Positions 42,628 through 50,542 of a stretch of DNA of 64,000 nucleotides are shown one piece after another. Origin of the DNA: Polyangia bacterium (GTDB lineage: Bacteria > Myxococcota_A > Polyangia > Palsa-1104 > JAEUJZ01); the NCBI GenBank assembly GCA_044222245.1, contig JBGANQ010000021.1, positions 3,597 through 67,596 on the forward strand, written 5' to 3'. A program made the translations under genes and the position numbers. Numbering within the stretch: the stretch's first letter is position 1; each line of letters opens with the position of its first letter. The notes under the pieces were generated by a model that had not been told where the DNA came from, did not search any database, and saw only the letters and a list, made by a program, of their open reading frames with translations.

Positions 42628-43007
42628 TGGCCGACTACGCGGCCATCACCTCCTCCCAGCAGGTCGATATCGAACTCATGCTGACAGGAGGGACACTTGG
42701 CGTGGATGCGCGGCGCGCCTTCTTCGTTGATGCGGCGGTAAAACTCCTGCAGGTACGCCAGATCCGTCGAGAACAGGTTCTCGATGATCTCGGTGTCGAG
42801 CATCGGCAGGTCGCCGAGCTTGGTGATCACGCGGCTCAGCAGCACGATGACCAGATAGGCGCGGTTATTCTGCACCCGGTAGTCCTGCAGGGGCACGATC
42901 TCGTCCTTGGCGGTGGCGAGCCGCATCACCCCGGTCCGGTGGAGGTTGCCGTCACTATCTATGTAGCCTTTAGGGAGTGTGAAGGGGAACTCGGTCTTGA
43001 ATGCCAT
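42618..43007 (-). CDS. eCIS tail assembly chaperone-like protein
   Basis: TEFPFTLPKGYID..G.LHRTGVMRLATAKDEI, LLSRVITKLG, LFSTDLAYLQEFYRRIN and CPSC motifs; AAGGTAG RBS-like sequence. Confidence 0.85.
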   Translation of the reverse strand: MAFKTEFPFTLPKGYIDSDGNLHRTGVMRLATAKDEIVPLQDYRVQNNRAYLVIVLLSRVITKLGDLPMLDTEIIENLFSTDLAYLQEFYRRINEEGAPRIHAKCPSCQHEFDIDLLGGGDGRVVGQGG

Positions 43008-43051
43008 GAGCTACCTTGGGTTTTGGGGAACGCCTCTTTGTGAGTACAGGC

Positions 43052-43957
43052 CTACATGTACTTAAAGCGCATCTCTTCGCAGTACATCTCGACCCGGACG
43101 TAGCGTAGCTTGTCGCTGCTCGACTCATGCTTGTCCGGAGTGAACTTGATAATACCAAGGTTTGTAAACGAGAGCGAGAAAAGCTCGGAGCCGAGATCGC
43201 TTGTCAGGTAGGCCAGAGATCCGGACTTTTCGTTTGACGGATCGCTCTTACCGTCCATCACGAACTCTTTGTGCCACTTGTACCAGGGCTCGATCTCGTT
43301 TTCGGGGATCGTGACGATGACGCTCGGGAAGTCGATCTGCGCTGGCTCCTTCTGGAAGATGAGCCGCTCGCCGATGCTGTTTTCGACGATGTTCTGCTTT
43401 ATCGTAATCGCGTCGACCTTGAGCACCCGCTTACAGTCCAGGCCATCTATCTGCAGGCGGAAGTTCGACGCCGTCCAGCGCTTCTGCTTGACCGGATCAA
43501 TGGGCACCGGCAGCACCGAGCCGCCGTTTGAGTACTTCATCTCGGTGTACTCGGTGGCGATCTTCAGGTTGAACTTGCCGGGCTCTTTGCTCGAAGCGTC
43601 TACCGCCGGAAAGCCAATCTCGGCAATCAGCGCTTCGAGGAAGTTCATGCGCACTAGCTCGTGATAGTCATAATCGCAGGTGATGATCGCGCCGTCTTTG
43701 CGGTCGTAGTTGTAATTGAGGCTCTTTTCGAGCCAGTCATAAAACTGCTTGGACATCGCGGCGCCGCAGGTAATCGAGATATCGTCGACCTTGACGTTGC
43801 CCGGGTGCTTGCGCACCGGGTGACCGCCGGCCAGGCGCTCGTTGACACTCTCGGTGTGGGCCTGGCCGCCCTCGGCGGTCAGCAGCCAGCCGGCGTGCGC
43901 GTTATTCAAATCAAGGAAGAATCGATTGCCAACGTAGGCCCTATTTTTGTCTCTCAC
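43052..43957 (-). CDS. Tandem two-domain tail tube protein B
   Basis: Two gp19-like repeats; paralog of 44113-45057; GAGG RBS before GTG 43957. Confidence 0.85.
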   Translation of the reverse strand: MRDKNRAYVGNRFFLDLNNAHAGWLLTAEGGQAHTESVNERLAGGHPVRKHPGNVKVDDISITCGAAMSKQFYDWLEKSLNYNYDRKDGAIITCDYDYHELVRMNFLEALIAEIGFPAVDASSKEPGKFNLKIATEYTEMKYSNGGSVLPVPIDPVKQKRWTASNFRLQIDGLDCKRVLKVDAITIKQNIVENSIGERLIFQKEPAQIDFPSVIVTIPENEIEPWYKWHKEFVMDGKSDPSNEKSGSLAYLTSDLGSELFSLSFTNLGIIKFTPDKHESSSDKLRYVRVEMYCEEMRFKYM

Positions 43958-43996
43958 AGTAGACCTCAAATTACAAAGAAGAGACCTTCGATTCCT

Positions 43997-44035
43997 GAAA
44001 CAAAACAGGCGGCCGAGTCTGCCTCGGCCGCCTGT
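43997..44035 (-). terminator. Intrinsic terminator inside the eCIS operon
   Basis: Perfect 13-bp stem ACAGGCGGCCGAG/CTCGGCCGCCTGT with 5-nt loop, followed on the minus strand by TTTGTTTC. Confidence 0.8.
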
Positions 44036-44112
44036 CTCCGGCGACCCAGCTTAGGAGCGGGGCCGCCTTAAAGACCCCTTTCTAGGCGGTCCTGAAAAAC
44101 CCGGCTCCGCGA

Positions 44113-45057
44113 CTAGCGCCCGCCGTAGACGGCGCTGCCGAAGTCGAAGCGGATGTCCTCGCAGTACATCTCGACCTTCAGGCGACGGATCGGCTCGCCC
44201 GAGGCCTCGACCTTGTCCGGAGAGACCTTGAACACGCCCAGGTGGAAGAAGTGCAGGGTGAACAGCACTTCCGCCAGGTTCGGGGTGAGGTACTCCAGGG
44301 TGCCGCTCTTCTCGTGATCTTCGCCGTTGTTGCCCTTGATCACGAAGTCCTCGTGCCAGCGATAGAACTCGTCGGCGTGCGACTCGGCCAGGGTGATAAC
44401 GAGGTTGGGGATCTCAACGCTCGTCGGCTCCTTCTGGTAGTCGCGGTGCTCACCGATCGCGTTCTCGGTGACCTTCTGCTTGATGGTCAGCGCTTCGATC
44501 TTGTTGACCTTGCCGCAGCCCGCCTCGCACCCATCGATGCGCAGCCGGAAGTTGGAGGGCAGCCACTTCTTCTGCTTGGCCGCATCGGCCGGGACGATCA
44601 CCTTGCCGCCGCCGCCCCAGGTCTTGCGGGTGGTCTCGGGGGCGAACTTGATGCTCATCATCGCCGAGTCCTTGGACGAGGCGTCGAGCGCCGGCATGCC
44701 GAGCTCGGTGATGAGGCCGAAGGTCCAGGTCAGGCGCGAGACCTCCATATTGTCGTAATCGGCAAATATGAGCGCACCGTCTTCACGACCGCGATTGTGC
44801 GAGGTCTGGTTGAACCCGGTGTCGATCCACTTATACAATTCCTTCGACATACCGGTGCCGCACTTGAAGCTGATCTCTTCGTATTTCAGCGGGCCAAGGT
44901 GCTTCTTGGTCAGGTGGTCAGAGCCGAGCTTCTCCGACACGACATCGGCAGTGGCATCGCCGCCCGCGGCTTCCTTCACGAAGCCAGCGAAGGTGTGCTG
45001 CAGCTCGATGCCATACTTGCTGATACCAAAGGCGCGATCATTGCGGGTAATAGCCAT
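44113..45057 (-). CDS. Tandem two-domain tail tube protein A
   Basis: Repeat 1 (YGIELQ..KHLGPLKYEEISFKCG..ELYKWI..PALDASS) and repeat 2 (NFRLRIDG..KEPTSVEIPNLVITL..EFYRWH..VEMYCE); GGGAGG RBS. Confidence 0.88.
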   Translation of the reverse strand: MAITRNDRAFGISKYGIELQHTFAGFVKEAAGGDATADVVSEKLGSDHLTKKHLGPLKYEEISFKCGTGMSKELYKWIDTGFNQTSHNRGREDGALIFADYDNMEVSRLTWTFGLITELGMPALDASSKDSAMMSIKFAPETTRKTWGGGGKVIVPADAAKQKKWLPSNFRLRIDGCEAGCGKVNKIEALTIKQKVTENAIGEHRDYQKEPTSVEIPNLVITLAESHADEFYRWHEDFVIKGNNGEDHEKSGTLEYLTPNLAEVLFTLHFFHLGVFKVSPDKVEASGEPIRRLKVEMYCEDIRFDFGSAVYGGR

Positions 45058-45129
45058 AAAAGCCTCCCAAAGTGAGAGCGGTGGGCCCCGGCCCCACCGG
45101 AACCGGGGGACCCACTGCCTAGTACGGAA

Positions 45130-46365
45130 CTATTCCGAAACCCCACCGCCGGCAGGCATCTGACCGATCCGGAAGATCACGAACTCGGCCGGCTTCACCG
45201 GAGCCAGGCCGATCTCGACGATCAGCTGACCGACGTCGATAACCTCGGGGGGGTTGGTCTCTTCGTCACACTTGACGTAGAACGCCTTCTCGGGCGTCTC
45301 GCCCATGAGCGCGCCCTGGCGCCAGATCAGCGTGAGGAAGGACGAAATCGTGCGCGTCACCCGCTTCCACAGGCGGAAGTCGTTGGGCTCGAAGACGACC
45401 CACTGGGTCGCGCGCTCGATCGAGGTCTCCACCATGATAAACAGGCGGCGGACGTTGATGTAGCGCCACGACGGGTCGCTCGACAGGGTGCGGGCGCCCC
45501 AGATGCGGATGCCGCCGCCCTGCATGAGCCGGATGCAGTTGATGCCGCGCGGGTTCAGGATGTCCTGCTCGCCACGCGAGACCTGGTAGCGCAGGCCGAG
45601 GGCCCCGCGGACGATCTCGTTGGCGGGGGCCTTGTGGACGCCGCGCTCGTTGTCGGTGCGGGCGTACACGCCGGCGACGTGACCCGAGGGCGGGATGAAC
45701 ACGTTGCCGCGCTCCGGATCATAGACCTGGATCCAGGGGAAGTAGAACGCGCCGTACTTGGAGTCGCGCGGGCGGACCAGGCGATCGACGCCGCCCTGGA
45801 CGGTCTCGCTGCTGTCGAGGATGGCGAAGCGGTCCTTGCGCACTTCGCAGTGGGTGAGCAGCGCGTCCTGCACCGCCGCCGAGATCTGGCCGGGGGCCGA
45901 GACGAGCGAGATCTCGTCGATCTCCTCGAAGCACTTAAGACCCGTGCGGGCGCCGGGGCCCATGTCCTTGCCGATGTAGCGGGCGTCGTTGTCGACCTTG
46001 GGCGGGCCCGACGGGGTAGCGCCGGGAGCCGCGGTGGTCGTGGCAGCGGCCTTGTCCGCCGCGGCGGCCTTGTCCGCCGGCGACAGATCGAGGTTGGCGG
46101 GGGCGCCGACGTTGACGATGTAGCAGCGCGAGCCGCCGTTGTTGAAGAAGCCGTAGATCGCATGGGCGAGGAACGTCGACTGAGTGAAGTCGCCGAACGT
46201 CTTCACAAACTGGGTCCAGTTGGTGACCAGCACTGCCTGATTCACCGGGCCCATCATCGACTCACCGATGAAGCCGACGGTGTTGGTGCCAACTGCCTCA
46301 ATCGGTTTGGAACCGCGGTCAACTTCCTCTACGTATACGCCCGGCGAAAGGTAACTAGTGGCCAT
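45130..46365 (-). CDS. Contractile tail sheath protein 1
   Basis: YLSPGVYVEEV, GFFNNGG, FYFPWI, GVHKAPANE, WRYINVRRL and APVKPAEFVIFRI motifs; AAGGAG RBS. Confidence 0.96.
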   Translation of the reverse strand: MATSYLSPGVYVEEVDRGSKPIEAVGTNTVGFIGESMMGPVNQAVLVTNWTQFVKTFGDFTQSTFLAHAIYGFFNNGGSRCYIVNVGAPANLDLSPADKAAAADKAAATTTAAPGATPSGPPKVDNDARYIGKDMGPGARTGLKCFEEIDEISLVSAPGQISAAVQDALLTHCEVRKDRFAILDSSETVQGGVDRLVRPRDSKYGAFYFPWIQVYDPERGNVFIPPSGHVAGVYARTDNERGVHKAPANEIVRGALGLRYQVSRGEQDILNPRGINCIRLMQGGGIRIWGARTLSSDPSWRYINVRRLFIMVETSIERATQWVVFEPNDFRLWKRVTRTISSFLTLIWRQGALMGETPEKAFYVKCDEETNPPEVIDVGQLIVEIGLAPVKPAEFVIFRIGQMPAGGGVSE

Positions 46366-46497
46366 GCTGCCTCTCCTTGCTGATGTGGTAGCGTGTGATG
46401 ATCCCCAGGGTTACCTTCCGCGCTGCGTTCCAAGTGATCTCGCTGAAGGTTATCGGAACGCCCTGGCGATAGTTGCTTGCCATCCGAGCCCCCCACT

Positions 46498-47127
46498 TCA
46501 CTGGCGGAGCCGGTTGAGCTTGTCCAAATCGAAAAAGCGGACTTCCCGCTCGCGAACGCGCGTGATCGGCCTGGCTGTCGTCGGGTACAGCGGGATGGTG
46601 GTCCAGCACTGCACGGCCGGCTTCAGCGGCTGGTTCAGGCTCGACCAGAAGCGCGACAAGACTGTCTCGTCGAGCTTCTGGGAGAGAAGCAAGGGCAGAT
46701 AGTCATCCGGTTCGAACGACTCGCCCTTGAGCTGAGCCCCCCGGATGGTGGGGTGCTCCATAATCGTCTTGATCGTCGCCCCGAGCAGCAGCTGCTCTTC
46801 TTCCGGAGTCTGCGCCCAGCAAGAGATGAGATAGTCCAGGCGCAGCCACATCGGCAGATCGCGAGCGACCTCGCGGACCTGGCCATCGGGACCGACATCC
46901 TCATCTATATACTGCCCGGTGCGGTTGTTGGAGACTCCCTCTTCATCGAGGGTGAGGTTGTACAGGTACAGGGACACCGCCGGCATCTTGCCTTCGATGT
47001 TTTCCTGCTTGGGCGGAGCGACCACAAGATGTACGCGCTTGTAGCCGATCTGCTTATATTCCTGCTTCAGCAGCTCCCCGATGGACTGGGAAGTCTCTTT
47101 GATGATGTGGTACTGGCCGGGATTCAT
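46498..47127 (-). CDS. DUF4255 / Pvc16 (Afp16)-like tail terminator cap protein
   Basis: PAVSLYLYNL, P.WLRLDYLISCWA..EEEQLLLG and FWSSLNQPLKP motifs; first gene of the cluster. Confidence 0.88.
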   Translation of the reverse strand: MNPGQYHIIKETSQSIGELLKQEYKQIGYKRVHLVVAPPKQENIEGKMPAVSLYLYNLTLDEEGVSNNRTGQYIDEDVGPDGQVREVARDLPMWLRLDYLISCWAQTPEEEQLLLGATIKTIMEHPTIRGAQLKGESFEPDDYLPLLLSQKLDETVLSRFWSSLNQPLKPAVQCWTTIPLYPTTARPITRVREREVRFFDLDKLNRLRQ

Positions 47128-47361
47128 GGCCTATCCACTAACTGCCGCGGCCGCGAAGCCGGGGGCCTGGGCATCATTGCTGATGAGTAGTTGCAGCAAA
47201 GGGACAGCCTACGTTAGCGGACGCGCAGACTTTCTGTCAACAGGCCACAAAAACCACTTGGGGCTACTCGTGAAGCAATCTACACAAGCTGCCGAAAGGG
47301 CCGGCCAGGAACGTCAATCTTCGTCGCCACTTGGCTGACTGCAGGCTCATTTTGGTGCCGG

Positions 47362-47397
47362 CCGGAGGGGATCCCGGAGGGGGTCCCGGAGGGGTAT
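47362..47397. repeat. 3 x 12-bp direct repeat (CCGGAGGGG core) upstream of the eCIS cluster
   Basis: ccggaggggatc ccggagggggtc ccggaggggtat. Confidence 0.75.
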
Positions 47398-47650
47398 TAG
47401 ATGGGCAGAGCGATGATGTGGGTGATTAGGAAATGATGAAGTTAAATTACTTAGCTAGGCCGATAAATTGAAAATCTAAGTGGCGGGTGAAGGAAGCGAG
47501 TTAACTCGGCAAAATAATTCAATATTTTGCGAGCGGCCGGACCTCGGCGGCTTGGCGAGCCTGACAGTCTGGCGGCCGGACGAAGAGGGGAGTGGCGAGG
47601 AGGCGATCGGCTGGCGCGAGCGCGGCGCGCGGAGTCTGGGCGGGCGAGGG

Positions 47651-49483
47651 TCAGTGGGCGTGGGCGCGGAGGGCGGCGCTGCGCAGCTCGTGACCGGTGG
47701 GGCCGTCGCCGAGCTGGCGGCGGCGATCTTCGCCGTGACCGGGACCGAGGATGTCGCGCAGGTAGGGAGTGATCGCAAAGGTGTCGGAGTGCTCTTTGGT
47801 GTGGCAGGTGAGGCAGCGCTCCTCGCTCGGGCGCGGGGTCGGCACGGGAACCTTGATCGGCGAGCGCGCGTGCAGGCTGCCGGGACCGTGGCAGACCTCA
47901 CACTGGACGTTGCGCAGATCGGGGCCGGCGGCGGGCGGTGGGTCCTTGGGCGGGGTGGCGCGCTGCCACTGCGCCAGCGTCCACAGGTTCGCGCCGCCGG
48001 CGGCGTCGAAGCCGGAGGCATGACAGCCGACGCAGTCGTAGGACAGATCCTTACCGCCGTCGACCAGGGTCTTCCAGGCGCTGGCGTGGCGGGTCTTCTG
48101 CCAGAACTCAAACGAGTCGTTGTGGTAGTGGCACGAGCCCAGGCACCCGGCGTTGCCCAGGTAGCGCGGCTGGCCCACGGGCGGCGGCGCCGGGGGGCCG
48201 GCGGTGGCGGCCAGGTTGGACTCGCCGATCTGGCGATCCAGGGCGGTCATCTGCGCGGCGACGCTGGCATCGCGCGGCAGGGCGCGGGTGATCGGCAACA
48301 GCTCGGAGATCACATAGCCGGCGGCCGGCGGCGCGGCCGGGGTGGCGGCGGCGGCGAGCAGCGTCTCCAGCAGGCGGACCTCGGCGGCGGTGGTCTTGAT
48401 GAAGATCGGATCGGCGCTCGGGTCGCTGCGCAGCGCGGCCAGGCGCGCCTGCACCACCTGCAGCTTCGCCCGCTGCTGCGCCACCACCTGGTCGCGCTGG
48501 CGGGGGCTCGGGTAGACGGTCCAGTGCGGCGGGCCGCTCGGCGGCAGATGGACCTCCAGGCGGATGAGGCGCTCGCCCTTCTGGCCGGGGACGACGAGCA
48601 GCGTGGTGCCGATCACCTCGGGCGGGTCGACACCCTCGGCGAGCTCACGATCATTGCCGGCGACGATGAGCTGAAGGCTGGGGACCTGGCGGGCCAGCCG
48701 TCGCGCCTGCTCACGGCGCAGGCCGGTGAGGGCGATGATCGCCTGCGCCCCCTGGCGCTGCAGCCGCTGCACCGCCGCCCGCGCCGCAGCGAGCGGCTCG
48801 CTGACCTGCACGCCCGGCGGCCAGCTCGCCTCGGGATCGGCGACCCCGAGGATGCCGAGCTTCACCCCGGATACGGTGCGCAGCACCTCGGGGACCAGGG
48901 AGCCGGGAGGCAGGCCGCCGACGTTGCTGGCCAGGCGCCGCCGCTCATGCAGCTCGCCGCCGTCGGGCTGGCCGCGCAGGTCTTCGGGCTGGAGCATGGT
49001 CACCGCGCCGAGCGCGCCCCAGGTGTTCTCCAGGAACTCGGCCTTCTTGCGCACCTGCGGCAGCTTGTCAGCAGGCAGCGGATCTTCGTCGTAGCGCAGG
49101 CCGCCGGCGTCGAGGAGCAGGGCGCCGCTGCTCTTGACCAGGGCGGCCAGGCGGGCGACATCGCCGAGCGGCTCCGAGGTGCAGCCGCAGGCCTCGATGT
49201 TGTTGCGCATTCGGGTCGCCAGCAGCAGGGTAAGCGTTCGCTCGCCGGGTCTGGCCGGCGGGCGAGCGGAGGCCGCGGTGGCGCTCGGATCCGGCGCCGC
49301 CGGACCCGGCGGGGAGGTTGAGGCGGCCGGCGGCGGCGCGCGGTGCGAGCTGCAGGCGGCGGCACCGGCAAGCCAGGTCCACAGCAGCACCGCGCCGCGA
49401 CCGCCGGACCCGCGTGGCCGGGCGATTGACCGGCCGGCAGTCGCGGCCGGACAACGGCGGGAAAACCAAGAGTTGAAGGCCAT
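47651..49483 (-). CDS. Multiheme c-type cytochrome lipoprotein with N-terminal metallophosphatase/5'-nucleotidase-like domain
   Basis: AAAC lipobox; NIEACGC and LLLDAGG motifs; heme motifs CLGSCH, CVGCH, CEVCHGPG and CLTCH. Confidence 0.85.
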   Translation of the reverse strand: MAFNSWFSRRCPAATAGRSIARPRGSGGRGAVLLWTWLAGAAACSSHRAPPPAASTSPPGPAAPDPSATAASARPPARPGERTLTLLLATRMRNNIEACGCTSEPLGDVARLAALVKSSGALLLDAGGLRYDEDPLPADKLPQVRKKAEFLENTWGALGAVTMLQPEDLRGQPDGGELHERRRLASNVGGLPPGSLVPEVLRTVSGVKLGILGVADPEASWPPGVQVSEPLAAARAAVQRLQRQGAQAIIALTGLRREQARRLARQVPSLQLIVAGNDRELAEGVDPPEVIGTTLLVVPGQKGERLIRLEVHLPPSGPPHWTVYPSPRQRDQVVAQQRAKLQVVQARLAALRSDPSADPIFIKTTAAEVRLLETLLAAAATPAAPPAAGYVISELLPITRALPRDASVAAQMTALDRQIGESNLAATAGPPAPPPVGQPRYLGNAGCLGSCHYHNDSFEFWQKTRHASAWKTLVDGGKDLSYDCVGCHASGFDAAGGANLWTLAQWQRATPPKDPPPAAGPDLRNVQCEVCHGPGSLHARSPIKVPVPTPRPSEERCLTCHTKEHSDTFAITPYLRDILGPGHGEDRRRQLGDGPTGHELRSAALRAHAH

Positions 49484-49555
49484 GCGCACAGTATGCTTCG
49501 GCAGCGGGTCGCGGGTAAGGTCTGCGGGCCGGGAAAGTCGCGCTGGCGGGCGCGG

Positions 49556-50365
49556 CTAGCGGCGGGCAAAGGTGATGGCGGCGCGGGCCAGCTCGTCGCA
49601 GCGCTCGTTCTCGGGGACGCCGGCGTGGCCAGCGACTTTGACAAAGTGCACCGCGGGGAACTCGCGCAAGAGCAGGCGCAGGCTGGCCACCAGCTCCTGG
49701 TTGGCCTTGGCCTTCCAGTTCTGCGACAGGAGGCCGATCGCATAGGACGAGTCCGAGTACACGACCACCGGCCGATCGCGCGGCAGCACCTGCAGGCCGC
49801 GGAGGATGGCGGTGAGCTCGGCGATGTTGTTGGTCCCCACACCCAGGTACTCGGACAGCTCGCGGCGGGCGAGCGCGCCGGTCAGATCGAGGACGACCAC
49901 GCCAAGGCCCATGGGCCCCGGATTGCCGGTGCAGGCGCCGTCGGTGTATACGTGCAGGGCGCTCTCGGGATGGCGCGAGCCGGCGTGCGGCGGGGCTTTG
50001 GACTTGCCGGCGGTCGCTGGGGCTTTAGGCTTGTCAGCAGTCGCCGGTGACCGCGGTGGTCCGCTGCCAAACAGAGGCCCGGCCGCTACGGCGGCACCGG
50101 CCGGCTGGGCCGGCGCGCCGCCCGCGCCGGGCCGCGCGGCGGGTTCGGGGGCGGCGGGCTCCGGAGCGGCCGGGCTCATCTCGGCGTCGCTGCGCACCGC
50201 GGTATCCTCGTCGGGCAGGAGGTTGCGCAGCGCAGCCCGGTAGCGCTTGCCGCCCTGCCGGTAGAGCACGTCCACCCGCTGATCCTCGCCGCCGAGCGGC
50301 TGACCGCTGGCGTCGCACTCCATCCACACTTTCGCCCCGCGCAGGCGCTTCGCTACCCAGGCCAC
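49556..50365 (-). CDS. rnhA: Ribonuclease HI with N-terminal extension
   Basis: YTDGACTGNPGP, TNNIAEL, YSDSSY and KVAGHAGVPENERCDELA motifs. Confidence 0.93.
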   Translation of the reverse strand: MAWVAKRLRGAKVWMECDASGQPLGGEDQRVDVLYRQGGKRYRAALRNLLPDEDTAVRSDAEMSPAAPEPAAPEPAARPGAGGAPAQPAGAAVAAGPLFGSGPPRSPATADKPKAPATAGKSKAPPHAGSRHPESALHVYTDGACTGNPGPMGLGVVVLDLTGALARRELSEYLGVGTNNIAELTAILRGLQVLPRDRPVVVYSDSSYAIGLLSQNWKAKANQELVASLRLLLREFPAVHFVKVAGHAGVPENERCDELARAAITFARR

Positions 50366-50542
50366 AGCGGCACCCTAGATGACCCGGCGCGGGGCTGGCA
50401 AGTGTTTCGCTCTGCGCGGGGTCAGCCGGGCTCGGCCTCCAAGCCGCTGAGAGCGCGAGGCGGTCGGGCGTAGCTGGCGGACGCGCCGCGGGGTGGCGCG
50501 TCCGCCTCCGACCGCCGCGGCCCGGAGCTCGCAGCGGGCGAG

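Larger units (their letters stand above)
37307..47127 (-). other. eCIS (Afp/PVC-like) tail gene cluster: cap, two sheaths, three tube genes, chaperone, hub
   Basis: Co-oriented DUF4255, sheath, tube, chaperone and gpD-like genes; no capsid, terminase, integrase or T6SS membrane-complex genes. Confidence 0.9.

Noticed and set aside
42646-42660. GGAGGAGG as a Shine-Dalgarno stimulator of the frameshift or an RBS for DUF6760
   Set aside because: It lies ~20 nt upstream of the heptamer, further than typical stimulators; the adjacent GTG/ATG opens only a 3-4 codon ORF in another frame; it is also explained by Gly codons.
42424-43043. Plus-strand ORFs 42424-42684 and 42678-43043
   Set aside because: Antisense shadows of the chaperone and DUF6760-like genes.
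37307-47127. Prophage or type VI secretion system
   Set aside because: No capsid, portal, terminase or integrase; no TssB/C split sheath, TssJLM or ClpV. The DUF4255 cap, single-chain sheaths and Afp7-like gene fit eCIS.
47130-47400. Sigma-54 promoter for the eCIS cluster
   Set aside because: No TGGCAC-N5-TTGC with correct spacing was found by eye.
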